Part shown: in pieces, positions 38,481-49,079 of the stretch
How the letters are laid out: the number at the start of each line of letters is the position of its first letter
How positions within the stretch are numbered: the stretch's first letter is position 1
From: Pseudomonadota bacterium
GTDB taxonomy: Bacteria; Desulfobacterota; Desulfobacteria; Desulfobacterales; JBDRRP01
Assembly (NCBI GenBank): GCA_043825735.1
Contig: JBDRRP010000071.1
Coordinates: 62,001 to 126,000, forward strand
Length of the DNA stretch: 64,000 nt
Reading direction: 5' to 3'
Notes under the pieces: generated by a model
Told to the model about the DNA's origin: nothing
What the model saw: only the letters and a program-made list of their open reading frames with translations
Database searches by the model: none
Program-made: the position numbers and the translations under genes

Positions 38481-41400
38481 TTAGGCCGCGTCAGAGGCCT
38501 TGAAGGCGCTGACCAGCCCGGCATCCATGGTGGCTTCGAAGCCGTCGATGCGGGCCAGGGTAGCCTCTCCGTGTTGCTCTCGGAAAGTGAAGACCGCCTT
38601 GAACTTATGCCGGGTCACCGCTTCAACGGTCATCACCGCCGTGACGCCGTTGGCGGGAAAGCGCCGGCAGAATTGCTGGTATTCACCGATATAACTGGGC
38701 AGGCACGGGCAGCCGCGGTATTGCCGACACCAGATGATGGCCATCTGAAACGCGGCGTCCATCACCAGAGGGTCGCCAATCCATTGGCTCCGGATGGGCG
38801 CGGTGATCCACTCGGCCGGTTTCGGTGCGGATTTGAGGTGAGCCACCATACCGGATTCGGCCAGTCCCGACACCTGTTGAATCCCCTGGAGGGCGTCGCC
38901 GTGAAAGAGCATGGAGCGATACAGATCGGCAACATCTGGGGTGCAGGGGGCAATGGCCGCCGCCGGATCCTGCGAAAGGACCGGGGCGACGGGCAGGCGT
39001 TCGGAGAGCACGGCCCGGGCGCTGGCGTGGATAAGGTCCGTTCCTCGCTCTGAGCGGCCGTTTCGAATCTCCACGTCGACATAATAATCAGCCTCGTAGC
39101 GGCGGATTTTTCCGGCCATAAGGCGGATTTTTTTGGCGCCGTGGTCGATCTTGATCCCATGAAACAGGCGGATGTCCTCCAAGGCCGAGAGCACCAGCCC
39201 GGGATTGTGGTGAAGGGCGCTGTGTCCCAGCCATTCGGTGATCAGGGCAAACGGGACCACCGGCTTTCCGCCCAGGATATGGGACGCCAGAACCGGGTGG
39301 CTGGTTACGTCTACCAACTGGCTGGCGACGGCGGTGAGGGCGCGTGTTGGAGCGGCGGCGGCAGGGGCGGCGGTGTGTTCGGCAGGCATGATGGCGCAGC
39401 CGTAGATGACTTCCCCGCCCGAGTCGCTGCCGGCGGCCATCTCGGCAACCATGCAGGCGGCGCCATCGGCCATTGGGATAAGACCGATGCCGCGCTGAGT
39501 AAATGCGCGCTGGAGGGCCGGCGTGACCATGCCGCCTTCCCAGGGGCCCCAGTTGATCGCTACCGCGCGGCAGTCCGCATGCCGGCGGGCCGCAGCACGT
39601 ACCATTTTGTTCAGCGCCTCGTTGGCCATGGCGTAATCAGCCTGGCCGATATTCCCGTAACGGGCAGCCACCGATGAGAAGACGACGACAGCACGCAGGG
39701 GATCCTTGGTTGTGAGGGCCTCGAGATGGTGAAACCCGGCAATCTTTGTTTCCAGCACCCGTTTGACCTGATCCGCGGTTTTATCGATGATGTGCCGGTC
39801 TTCCAGAATACCGGCGCCATGGACCACGGCCCGGATGGGCCCGAATGCGGCGCGGGTTTCGGCGACAATTGCGGCCAGTGCGTTGCGGTCTCGCACATCG
39901 GCCGGCCGGTAGAGCACCCGGGCGCCGGCATCTTCGATGGCGGCCAGGGTGGCGGCTACTTCGCGGTTGGCCATGTGCCCTCGAAAAGCCGCTTCGATCT
40001 CACGGGGGGAGGCTTTTCCTGAAAATGTCTGATGGAGGATCGCTTTTTTAATTTCAGCTGGATCCGACACCCCCTGCAGCCATTCCGGTTCCGGGCCGGG
40101 CTGGGGAGAGCGGCCGATGAGAATCAGGGTGGGGCGCCAGGCGTGCGCCATGGCAACGCAGGTCTCGGCGGTGATCCCGCGGGCGCCGCCGGTGACCAAC
40201 ACGACCTCACCTTCTTCCGGGGTCGACTGATTTGCAGCGGAAATGGGCGCTGGCGCCGTGGTCAGGGTCCAGCGGGTATCCAAATCCATACCGATCTCCG
40301 GCGGCATGGCGCTATCGGGCTGCAAAAGCTCCTGCACCAGGCGGGCGGCAGCGTCGTCGGCAGCCATGTCGGGACAGACATCGAAAGCCGTGCAGCGGAC
40401 ATGGGGCCATTCCAGACGGGCGGTTTTCACAAGACCGGCCAGTGCGCCTGATATCGGGGCCATGACCGGACGATGGCCGAGACCGAAGCGGCCGTCCAGT
40501 CGGGTGACCGAAGCCACGAATCGGTAGTCTCCCGATGGCGCCGTGAGATGGGGCGCGGCCGCCTGGATTGCCCGGAATGCCGACGTCAACGAGTCGACGG
40601 CAACGTCGACATCGATGTGCGCAGCGCCGTCATCGCTCAGAAGGATCAGGCCGGCTGCCGCCGGGGCGTCTGCTGCCGGGGTATTTCCATGGCCGAATCC
40701 GGCCATGGACATCAAAACGGTGTCCACACCATGATTGCCAAAGGAAGCGGCCAAGGCTTCGGCAAAGGGGCGCGACTCGTGGACGATCCACACCGCAGCG
40801 CCGCGCGGCAGTGCCGTTGACGGTCCCGGTGTAAACGGGGTCACCACCGCTTGCAGGAGCTGTCGCAGGAGTGCTCCGGGCAGCGGCGGAAACGGTGCGG
40901 GCGTGTCATTAGAGGATGCCGTACATGCAGGGCAGGGCGCTGCGGGTTGTGCCGCAGTGCCGCTGTTGCCGCTCAAGTGGGCGACGATCTCTGCGATGGT
41001 TCTGAGCCCTGTCATCGCTTCCGGCGATACGGCCGGCAGATCTGGCAGGCGCTCTTCCACGGCCGAGAGAATTTCCACCCGTTTGATGCTGTCGATGCCC
41101 AGATCACTTTCCAGATCCATGTCCAGGGAAAGCGTTTCCGCGGGGTAGCCGGTAAGAGCACTGATAATGTCAACGAGATGCCGGGCAACCGAATCGGACG
41201 GGGCGATCTCCACAGCGGCGCCGGTGGTGGCTGTCGGGTGGCCGGTGTCGGCGGCCGGTGCCTGTGACCCGGTACGGGGCCCGTTTCCAGCGAGGTAGGC
41301 GACGATCTCTTCCAGTGTGCCCAGTGCTGCCATTTCTTCTGGGTGAACTCCGGGCAGATCCGGCAGGCGCGTTTCCATTTCGGAAAGGATTTCTACCCGT

Positions 41401-44400
41401 TTGATGCTGTCGATGCCCAGATCCGACTCCATGTGCATCCCGAGGTTCAGCATGTCCGCAGGGTAGCCGGTGAGGGTGCTCACCACGGCAATGAGTGCGG
41501 TTGCAATCGCGTCGGCGTTCGATGCGGCAGGTGCCGCGGTTGCCGCCAGTGGCGGCGGCGCGATGGCGGCACCATCCAGATGCCGGACGATGTCGCCCAA
41601 TGTCCTGAGGTGAACCATTTCTTCGGGGACCACCGAAGGCAGCCGGGGCAGGCGCTCTTCCATGGCAGACAGGATTTCCACGCGCTTGATGCTGTCGATT
41701 CCAAGATCGCTTTCCATGTCCATACCGAGCGATAGGGTCTCCACCGGATATCCGGTGAGGGCGCTCACTACGGCAAACAGCGCTTCCGCCACAAGGGGTT
41801 CCGGCGGCGCCTGAAACGGTTTTGGCGCGGTGGACGCCGCTGCCGGCGGGGAGAGAGGCATGGCGGCGGTGGGTGCGGCCGGGACAGCATTGGGCATCGG
41901 AACGTGCGCGGCGGTCACTTGCGGCCGGGAGGCGGGTATCGCTTCAGGGCGGGTCGGGTCGATCATCTGCTCGATACCCGCCATCATTCGCTGCAGGGCC
42001 CGGCCGGCTTCGGCCTGGGTCTCCAAAAATTTCTGATGGGTCTCGGCTGTCTTGAGTTGCAGGGACTGGAGGGCCTGGATGCCTTCCTGGACGGCGCTTA
42101 AGGCGCCGGAGACGGTTTCGGGGGCGGGCGAGCGGTGCGTCGCCGGCACGGCCGGGGGGCTCATGGGTCGCGTCATGACGGTGGCTGTTTCCTTGGAAGC
42201 TGCGGTAATAAGATCGGCGGCGACAGAGGCCATGGGCGGTGTCGGCGCAACTGCGGCCGGCTGCGGCGCTGGTCGGCGGGCCGGGGGTGCGGCAGTGTTC
42301 GCGCGCACATTGGCACCGGAAATCTGAACCGTCATTTTGGGACGGCGCGCGCTCCGGAGCTCCGGGTCCCACTGACTGAGGTCGACCCGGTGGCCGTCCG
42401 CGGCCAGCTCGGCGATCAATCGTGCCAGGTCGCCCAGAGCGGAACGTCTGCCGCCGCTGGCGTCGACGGCCAGGGATTTATGAGGTTTGCCGGTCAGGAT
42501 GCTTGACACCAGGCCGCTCAGGATGCGCCGGGGGCCCACTTCCACGAAGGTCGTGCAGCCGTCATCGTGCATTTGGCGGATCTGATCGTCGAAACGCACC
42601 GTGCTGATCAACTGTCGACCGAGCGTGTCACGGCAATCACTCACGGATGCGGGGTAGGGCGCGCCGGTAACATTCGCGTAAACGGGCATGGCGGGCGATT
42701 GAAAGGGCAGCTCCGCCAGCACTTCCAGAAACGGCGTAAACGCGGGTGCTACCAGGGGACTGTGGAATGCGGCCCCCACCGGAAGGTGCACCGTCCGGAG
42801 ACCTTTTTCACGGCAGGCCGCGGCAAATTGATCGATGCCTGTCGCCGTACCGGAAACCACGCCTTGATTCGGACTGTTACGGTTGGCGAGCACCACATCT
42901 GCGCCTGAAGCGACCACCAGTTCGGCGATGGTTTCAAGGGGCGCCTTCACCGCCAGCATCGCGCCTGCGCCCTCCGGGGTGTTTCCGGCAGCGGCCATGC
43001 AGCGGCCCCGTTCCCAGGCCAGATGGATAAACGTGTTCCGGTCGATGGCACCGGCGGCGTGAAGCGCCGTGATCTCACCGAAACTGTGTCCCGACACTGC
43101 CGCGGGGCTGATGCCAAAGCGCGCCAGCACCGAGAGTATGGCCAAACTGACGGCGCCGATGGCCGGCTGCGCCACATCGGTCCGGCGCAGAAGGGTTTCC
43201 GGTTCGCTGTCGTCTTTGGCCCCCGGTGTTCTCACCGGGTAGACCGCGGCGCCCAGATCCATGCCATCACCACCGAGGGCGCAAAAATCCTCCACGGCGG
43301 CCATGGCTTCGGGAAACCGGCAGACCAAGTCTTCTCCCATGTCCGGGTATTGGCTGCCCTGGCCGGGGAACAGAAAGGCAAGCCGGCCTGAAGGGGTATC
43401 GTTGCTGCCGGTATAGGCGCCGCCGGCGATGCCGGCGGAAAGGGCCTTGCGGGCCGCGTCGAGCCGCTCGGCAATGGACGCGCCGCTGTCAATGACGAGC
43501 ACCAGGCGGTAGGGATCCTCATGGTGGAAAGTGGCCCGCCTTTCCTGGCAAAGGCCGCGCAGATCAGCATCGGGGGCCGATGCAGTGTCGGCAAACGATT
43601 CCAGATCTACCGCCACGGCATCCCGCGAGGCCCCGGAAAATGCGGCCAACTGCGGAGCGCCGGCCCATACCACTTCCCTTTTGCGCGCGCCGTATTCTTC
43701 CAGAACCATGTGAAAGTTGCTGCCGCCGAAACCAAAGGCGCTGACACCGGCTCGGCGGGGGTGTTCGGGCTCCGAAAACCAGGGGCGAGATACCGTGTTG
43801 ATGTGAAAGGGGCTTGTCGCCACGTTCAGACGCGGATCCGCGGCGGCCACCTTAAGGGTCGGCGGAATCACCTTGTGGTGAAGTGCCAGAATCGTTTTGA
43901 TGAGGCCGGCCGCGCCGGCGGCGGCTTTGGTGTGGCCGATCATCGATTTCACGCTGCCGATGGCGCAGCGGTTGCCGTTTGCACCACTGGCTTCATATAC
44001 GCCGCGCAGCGCGGAAAATTCGACGGCATCGCCCACACGGGTGCCGGTGCCGTGCGTTTCCACCAGCCTTACCGTTGACGGATTTATACCGGCCCCGGCA
44101 TAGGCACGCCCCAGCGCCTTGGCCTGACCGTCGGCCAGCGGTGCGTAAATGCTCTGGGCCTTGCCGTCGCTGGATGATCCCAGGCCCTTGATGACGGCAT
44201 AGATTCTGTCGTTGTCGCGCTCGGCGTCGGCCAGGCGCTTTAGCACCACGATGCCCACCCCTTCTCCCAGGACCGTGCCGTCGGCATCGGCACTGAACGG
44301 ACGCGCATCCCCGGTCGGGGAGAGGATCATGGTTTTGGCAAAACACATGTGCATGAAAATGTCGTTCAGGGCGTCAACACCGCCGGTGAGCGCCATGTCG

Positions 44401-45101
44401 CTTCGGCCGGATTCAAGCTCCAGCATGGCCAGATTGATGGCACTCATGGAACTGGCGCAGGCGGCATCCACCACGCAGTTGGTCCCCCCCAGGTGAAGCC
44501 GGTTGGCGATGCGGCCGGCCACCACGTTGCCGAGCAGACCGGGAAAGGAATTCTCCTGCCATCCCACATAGGCCCGGGATATGCGCGACACCACATCTTC
44601 GGCCAGATCTTCGCCAACGCCGGCTTCGGATAACGCCCGGCGCCAGATCGGGTGTCCCAGGCGGGCGCCCAGTGGAATGACCAGTTCCTGAGTGCCGGTG
44701 ACCCCGAGGATGACACTGGTGCGGTCGCGATCAAAATCCGAGGCTTCGCCATAGCCGGCGTCCTGAAGGGCGGACTTGGCTGCCAGAAGACCCAGTAGCT
44801 GGGAGGTGTCGGTGGCTTCCAGGTTGGATGGCGGAATGCCGAACTCTGTGGGATCGAAGGCCACCGGGGCGATGAATCCGCCGCGGACGCAATATACATG
44901 ATCCGGCCGCTTGGGATCAGGGTCGAAAAAGTCGCCGGCCTTCCAGTGGGTGGCCGGCACCTCGGTGATGCCGTCTTCTCCCTGGTAGATCAGTTGCCAG
45001 TAGTCGTTGATATTCGCAGACCGCGCGAAAAACCCGGCCATGCCGATAACCGCGATGGGAGTGGCCGTCGCGACGACCGTGGGGTCTGAAGATGATTTCA
45101 T
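38481..45101 (-). CDS. pfaA: PUFA synthase subunit PfaA (KS-MAT-ACPx3-KR-DH)
   Basis: DAACASS, HGTGT, GHTK; FPGQGSQ and GHSFG; three LGIDSIKRVEIL ACPs; TGGARGIT and YAMAN; HILGGKPVVP. Confidence 0.92.
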   Translation of the reverse strand: MKSSSDPTVVATATPIAVIGMAGFFARSANINDYWQLIYQGEDGITEVPATHWKAGDFFDPDPKRPDHVYCVRGGFIAPVAFDPTEFGIPPSNLEATDTSQLLGLLAAKSALQDAGYGEASDFDRDRTSVILGVTGTQELVIPLGARLGHPIWRRALSEAGVGEDLAEDVVSRISRAYVGWQENSFPGLLGNVVAGRIANRLHLGGTNCVVDAACASSMSAINLAMLELESGRSDMALTGGVDALNDIFMHMCFAKTMILSPTGDARPFSADADGTVLGEGVGIVVLKRLADAERDNDRIYAVIKGLGSSSDGKAQSIYAPLADGQAKALGRAYAGAGINPSTVRLVETHGTGTRVGDAVEFSALRGVYEASGANGNRCAIGSVKSMIGHTKAAAGAAGLIKTILALHHKVIPPTLKVAAADPRLNVATSPFHINTVSRPWFSEPEHPRRAGVSAFGFGGSNFHMVLEEYGARKREVVWAGAPQLAAFSGASRDAVAVDLESFADTASAPDADLRGLCQERRATFHHEDPYRLVLVIDSGASIAERLDAARKALSAGIAGGAYTGSNDTPSGRLAFLFPGQGSQYPDMGEDLVCRFPEAMAAVEDFCALGGDGMDLGAAVYPVRTPGAKDDSEPETLLRRTDVAQPAIGAVSLAILSVLARFGISPAAVSGHSFGEITALHAAGAIDRNTFIHLAWERGRCMAAAGNTPEGAGAMLAVKAPLETIAELVVASGADVVLANRNSPNQGVVSGTATGIDQFAAACREKGLRTVHLPVGAAFHSPLVAPAFTPFLEVLAELPFQSPAMPVYANVTGAPYPASVSDCRDTLGRQLISTVRFDDQIRQMHDDGCTTFVEVGPRRILSGLVSSILTGKPHKSLAVDASGGRRSALGDLARLIAELAADGHRVDLSQWDPELRSARRPKMTVQISGANVRANTAAPPARRPAPQPAAVAPTPPMASVAADLITAASKETATVMTRPMSPPAVPATHRSPAPETVSGALSAVQEGIQALQSLQLKTAETHQKFLETQAEAGRALQRMMAGIEQMIDPTRPEAIPASRPQVTAAHVPMPNAVPAAPTAAMPLSPPAAASTAPKPFQAPPEPLVAEALFAVVSALTGYPVETLSLGMDMESDLGIDSIKRVEILSAMEERLPRLPSVVPEEMVHLRTLGDIVRHLDGAAIAPPPLAATAAPAASNADAIATALIAVVSTLTGYPADMLNLGMHMESDLGIDSIKRVEILSEMETRLPDLPGVHPEEMAALGTLEEIVAYLAGNGPRTGSQAPAADTGHPTATTGAAVEIAPSDSVARHLVDIISALTGYPAETLSLDMDLESDLGIDSIKRVEILSAVEERLPDLPAVSPEAMTGLRTIAEIVAHLSGNSGTAAQPAAPCPACTASSNDTPAPFPPLPGALLRQLLQAVVTPFTPGPSTALPRGAAVWIVHESRPFAEALAASFGNHGVDTVLMSMAGFGHGNTPAADAPAAAGLILLSDDGAAHIDVDVAVDSLTSAFRAIQAAAPHLTAPSGDYRFVASVTRLDGRFGLGHRPVMAPISGALAGLVKTARLEWPHVRCTAFDVCPDMAADDAAARLVQELLQPDSAMPPEIGMDLDTRWTLTTAPAPISAANQSTPEEGEVVLVTGGARGITAETCVAMAHAWRPTLILIGRSPQPGPEPEWLQGVSDPAEIKKAILHQTFSGKASPREIEAAFRGHMANREVAATLAAIEDAGARVLYRPADVRDRNALAAIVAETRAAFGPIRAVVHGAGILEDRHIIDKTADQVKRVLETKIAGFHHLEALTTKDPLRAVVVFSSVAARYGNIGQADYAMANEALNKMVRAAARRHADCRAVAINWGPWEGGMVTPALQRAFTQRGIGLIPMADGAACMVAEMAAGSDSGGEVIYGCAIMPAEHTAAPAAAAPTRALTAVASQLVDVTSHPVLASHILGGKPVVPFALITEWLGHSALHHNPGLVLSALEDIRLFHGIKIDHGAKKIRLMAGKIRRYEADYYVDVEIRNGRSERGTDLIHASARAVLSERLPVAPVLSQDPAAAIAPCTPDVADLYRSMLFHGDALQGIQQVSGLAESGMVAHLKSAPKPAEWITAPIRSQWIGDPLVMDAAFQMAIIWCRQYRGCPCLPSYIGEYQQFCRRFPANGVTAVMTVEAVTRHKFKAVFTFREQHGEATLARIDGFEATMDAGLVSAFKASDAA
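40970..41790 (-). repeat. Three tandem ACP-coding repeats within pfaA
   Basis: LTGYP..L.L.M..ESDLGIDSIKRVEILS repeated three times with Ala/Pro linkers; coordinates approximate. Confidence 0.85.
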
Positions 45102-45227
45102 TATTTCGAGAGATCCCGACTTTTTACCGGTTCATCAATGTTCACATTTCTGAAAGCGCTTCTGGCGTAAGGAAATCAATATATAGTGATAGGGGTATTA
45201 TTTCAAGGATTTCAGGCGAGATTTTGG

Positions 45228-45255
45228 TTGACACATAGGTGTAACAAGCTATCAT
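45228..45255 (+). promoter_or_regulatory. Putative sigma70 promoter for the HTH gene
   Basis: TTGACA-16 nt-TATCAT, ending 8 nt before ATG 45264. Confidence 0.5.
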
Positions 45256-45263
45256 GTTGCGCA

Positions 45264-45854
45264 ATGGTCAAACTATTTTCCAATAAGGAGTTGTCGGCTT
45301 GTCTCGGCATCAACCCGGCACGCTGGAAACGGTGGTCCCGTGAATTCTTGCCACCGGACCCATTGGCCGGACTCCAGTCAGGGTATGCACGCCAATATTA
45401 TTTGAATGACGCCTTTACCGTTTACCTGGGCGGGCACCTTGTTTCTTGCCTGCGCATGGCCATTCCCGAAGCCCGCATGGTGCTTGGCGATCTACAGGCG
45501 TGGTTTCGAGAAAACGGTTACCGTTTCGATCCCGGAGGAAGTCGCTCCGAGGCGGCCCTGACGGTTTTGCCCGGTAAAAGCCACACGCTTACGGTCTACC
45601 CCACGAGTGACGGTGGATTCGCATACCGTGTAAAAGGACTGATCCACGCAAAATGGGATACCTTAGAAGGTCGCTCGGTGCGCCGCGAAGTATTCACCGA
45701 AACCTGGCTGACGCCTGGCGGGCAGGGCGCTGCCGAACTCGTGGCGCCCAGAACGATCGCGCTTACCCTGATTTTGGAAAAATTCATTTCGGCCATAGAC
45801 CCACAGGGCCAGCAGTTTCCCCAACTGCATCCAGATGCCAGCGAAAGTTGTTAA
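45264..45854 (+). CDS. Hypothetical protein with N-terminal MerR-like helix-turn-helix
   Basis: FSNKELSACLGINPARWKRWSREFLPP...GYARQYYLND resembles MerR/excisionase winged HTH; divergent from pfaA. Confidence 0.6.
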   Translation: MVKLFSNKELSACLGINPARWKRWSREFLPPDPLAGLQSGYARQYYLNDAFTVYLGGHLVSCLRMAIPEARMVLGDLQAWFRENGYRFDPGGSRSEAALTVLPGKSHTLTVYPTSDGGFAYRVKGLIHAKWDTLEGRSVRREVFTETWLTPGGQGAAELVAPRTIALTLILEKFISAIDPQGQQFPQLHPDASESC

Positions 45855-45954
45855 CCCGGCATTTCAACCCTACAAGATCGAAGACTCTCCGGTGCGCTGG
45901 TAGATAGCCATGTAACCATACGGAATCGCTTGTAAAGTATAAATATCTCCAAGC

Positions 45955-46138
45955 TGATAACCATATAAAAAGTCTGAAATCACCGCAGAGAGCGCAGAGG
46001 AACGCAGAGAATATATTTAATAATTTCCCTTATGGTAAACCCTCGGTAAAGCATGAGGTTTACCCTAAGGGAAATTAATGGATCATCTCTGTGTTCTCTG
46101 CGTCCTCTGTGGTTCAAAATCGTTTTATTATGGTATCA
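45955..46138 (-). mobile_element. MITE-like element copy A2 (inverted) with nested 47-bp insertion
   Basis: AAAAAGTCTGAAATCACCGCAGAG...CTCTGTGGTTCAAAATC; extra palindrome at 46026-46072. Confidence 0.8.
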
Positions 46139-46144
46139 CCCTGG

Positions 46145-47890
46145 TTAACTGCCTGAAATATTGCAGACTTCGTCATCACCGCCGATGATCGTATCGTGAT
46201 AATCGACGATGCTCGTGTCCCCGGATGCCAGGTAGGTCATGACGGCCGCGATGCGGGCTTCGGCCTTTCCGATGAAAGCCGTGGCCACCCGTTCTTTGCG
46301 CTGAGAATGCCGGGCGTCCCGGCACAGCAGATAGGCGCAGATGGTATCGGTGGCGATGCCCACCAGCCGGGCGGCGTGAAATTCCAGATAGTCTCCGTTT
46401 CCAGTATCCTTTACCTGTGCGATGGCGGCCTCCAGGCGAGTGCGGCAGGCACGCGCACGCTGAAACAAATCGTCGACGGCGCCAAAGTCCGTTTCCGCCT
46501 CCCAGTCATTGAGACGTTCGAAGACGACCCCGCCGATGACCCCGCCGATGGCGGCCACCACCTGAAGCTGGGTGGTACCCTCGTAGATGTTGGTGATGCG
46601 GGCGTCTCGGTACAGGCGCTCCACGTCGAACTCCTGGGTGTAGCCCACACCGCCGTGGATCTGGATGGCATCGTAGCAGACCTTGTTGGCCATTTCGCTG
46701 GCCATGGCCTTGACCAGGGGGGTGAACAGGGTCACGTAACGACTGGTGCGCTTTTCGTCTTCCTTGAGATCGGCCGCCCGGTCAGGGTGGCGGATCATGC
46801 GCAGCTCGATGCCTTCCTTGAGATCCACCAGGCGGGCGGTCTCATAGAGCAGGGCTCGGGAGGCCTCTATGGCCACCTGCATATCGGTGAGCATTTCATA
46901 GATGGCCGGAAACCGCAGAATGGCTTTTTTGAACTGCATCCGGTCACGGGCGTAGCGACGGGCTTCCCGGAAGGCCGCCTCGGCGATGCCGACGGATTGG
47001 GCGGCAACCCCCAGACGGGCGCCGTTCATGAGGCTCATGGTGTATTTAACCAGACCGAATTTGCGCTTTCCCAACAGCTCCGCCGGGGCGTCGTCGAACT
47101 GCATCTCGCAGGTCGGAGACCCGTGAATGCCCAGTTTGTGCTCAATGCGGCGGATGCGCATATGGGCGTCACGTTCATAGATGAATAGCGAAATGCCGCG
47201 GCCGCCCGAGGTGCCGGGTTCCGAGCGCGCCATTACGAGGCTCACGTCCGCACAGCCGTTGGTGATAAACCGTTTCACGCCGCTCAGCCGCCACTGGCCG
47301 TCCGGATCCTGGTAGGCCTTGAGCATCACGGACTGCAGATCACTGCCGGCGTCGGGCTCGGTGAGGGCCATGGCTCCGGATACCGTTCCGGTACTGAACC
47401 GAGGCAAATACCGCTGCTTCTGGTCCTCGGAGCCGAATTTGCTGATGGTGTCGCCGATTTCCTGGAGACCGAAGAGGTTCATGAGGGAAGCATCTGCCCG
47501 CGAGACGATTTCGGAGGCAATGGTGTAAATCGTTTTAGGGATATTAAGCCCGCCATAGCGCCGAGGCAGGGTGAACCCCATGAGGTCGGCTTTGTTGAGC
47601 CGGTCCAGGGCTTCCCGGGTGCCTCTGGCATAGGTCACCTCGCCGTCGGCAAAGGTGGCGCCTTCAGTGTCAACGTCCCGGGCCCGGGGCGCCACATAGC
47701 CTCCGGCGATGTCCCCCACGATGTCCAGCACCCTACAATAACTGTCCAGGGCATCGGCTGCGTCTTTCGGGGCTTCCGGAAAGATACCGGCTTCGGAAAA
47801 GCCGTTCTCGAAGAGAGCGATCACGCGGGATAGATCCATATGCTCCAGGTGAAACGCGATGTCGGGATTGTCTTTATAAAAATTCTCCAC
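46145..47890 (-). CDS. Acyl-CoA dehydrogenase (long form with C-terminal extension)
   Basis: MALTEPDAGSDL, GVKRFITNG, KLGIHGSPT, QIHGGVGY, RDARITNIYEGT. Confidence 0.92.
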   Translation of the reverse strand: MENFYKDNPDIAFHLEHMDLSRVIALFENGFSEAGIFPEAPKDAADALDSYCRVLDIVGDIAGGYVAPRARDVDTEGATFADGEVTYARGTREALDRLNKADLMGFTLPRRYGGLNIPKTIYTIASEIVSRADASLMNLFGLQEIGDTISKFGSEDQKQRYLPRFSTGTVSGAMALTEPDAGSDLQSVMLKAYQDPDGQWRLSGVKRFITNGCADVSLVMARSEPGTSGGRGISLFIYERDAHMRIRRIEHKLGIHGSPTCEMQFDDAPAELLGKRKFGLVKYTMSLMNGARLGVAAQSVGIAEAAFREARRYARDRMQFKKAILRFPAIYEMLTDMQVAIEASRALLYETARLVDLKEGIELRMIRHPDRAADLKEDEKRTSRYVTLFTPLVKAMASEMANKVCYDAIQIHGGVGYTQEFDVERLYRDARITNIYEGTTQLQVVAAIGGVIGGVVFERLNDWEAETDFGAVDDLFQRARACRTRLEAAIAQVKDTGNGDYLEFHAARLVGIATDTICAYLLCRDARHSQRKERVATAFIGKAEARIAAVMTYLASGDTSIVDYHDTIIGGDDEVCNISGS

Positions 47891-47901
47891 GGCCGCCTCC
47901 C

Positions 47902-48912
47902 TTATTTTTCCTTGTAGGCGCTGATGATTTGAGGAATGACGGTATGAATGTCGCCGACGATCCCGTAGTGGGCAATGTCGAAGATGGGAGCACCCGCATC
48001 GGCATTGATGGCGATGATGCGCATGGCCTCACTCATGCCGGCCCGGTGCTGAATCTGACCGGAGACCCCGCAGGCGATATACAGGTTGGGGCGAACCGTG
48101 GTGCCGGTTTGTCCCACCTGGTGGGCCCGGGGCAGCAGGCCGGCGTCAACCACGGGGCGGGAAGCGCCTACCTGGCCGCCGAGCACCTTCGCCAACTTCT
48201 TGATCAGAGCGATGCCTTCCGGGGTGGCGGCGCCCATGCCGGCAGTGACGATGATCCTGGCCGATTTCAGGTTGACGGTTTTTTCGCTGCGGATGATCTC
48301 GACGATGGTCGTGGGAAAGTCGGCGTCGGTAAACGCCATCGCTACCGGAACGATCTCACAGGTGCGCGCGGTGTCCGGCGCCTCAAGGCGCATGACCCCT
48401 TCTCGAACGGTCGCCATACTGGGGCTGATCTCCGGTGAGACGATAGTGGCCACGATGTTTCCCCCGAAGGCCGGACGAATCTGAAGCAGCGTGTCGGTGA
48501 ACGTCTGCTTGCGAAGCGTCACCGCGCCGATTTGAAGATCCGTGCAGTCGGCAGTGAGCCCGCAGCGCAGCGCCGAGGCCACCCGGGGCGCCAGATCCCG
48601 TCCCGTGGTGGTGGCGCCGAAGAGCACCACCTGAGGGCTCCGGAGGCGAACCACCTCAAGGACAGCCTTGGCGTAGGGCACGGAGGTAAAGGCGGCCAGC
48701 CGGGGATCGGAAACGGCATAGACCCGGTCGCAGCCGTAGTGGCCCAGCTGCGGGAGGACCGCGTGCATGTCGCCGCCCACGGCCACGGCCTCCACCTGGC
48801 AGCGCAACTGGTCGGCCAGTTCCCGGGCCTTGCAAATCAGCTCCAGACTCACATCGGCGATCAAACCGTCGGTCTGGTCGATAAACACCATGACGCTTCG
48901 CTGGTCTTCCAT
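47902..48912 (-). CDS. etfA: Electron transfer flavoprotein alpha subunit
   Basis: GLTADCT, RPAFGGN, GASRPVVD, QVGQTG, GVSGQIQHRAGM. Confidence 0.93.
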   Translation of the reverse strand: MEDQRSVMVFIDQTDGLIADVSLELICKARELADQLRCQVEAVAVGGDMHAVLPQLGHYGCDRVYAVSDPRLAAFTSVPYAKAVLEVVRLRSPQVVLFGATTTGRDLAPRVASALRCGLTADCTDLQIGAVTLRKQTFTDTLLQIRPAFGGNIVATIVSPEISPSMATVREGVMRLEAPDTARTCEIVPVAMAFTDADFPTTIVEIIRSEKTVNLKSARIIVTAGMGAATPEGIALIKKLAKVLGGQVGASRPVVDAGLLPRAHQVGQTGTTVRPNLYIACGVSGQIQHRAGMSEAMRIIAINADAGAPIFDIAHYGIVGDIHTVIPQIISAYKEK

Positions 48913-48944
48913 TCAATGACTCCTAAATTTTTTGCTCCCATACT

Positions 48945-49079
48945 TGATCAAACCGTAAAAAGTGATTTTGAACCGCAGAGAGCGCAGAGGAACGCAGAGA
49001 ATGCGTTTAATAATTAAAGGTTTATCTCTGCGCTCTCTGTGTCCTCTGTGGTGATTTCAGACTATTTACTCGGCCATCA
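48945..49079 (+). mobile_element. MITE-like element copy A3
   Basis: TGATCAAACCGTAAAAAG...TTTACTCGGCCATCA; TACT directly repeated on both flanks. Confidence 0.82.
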
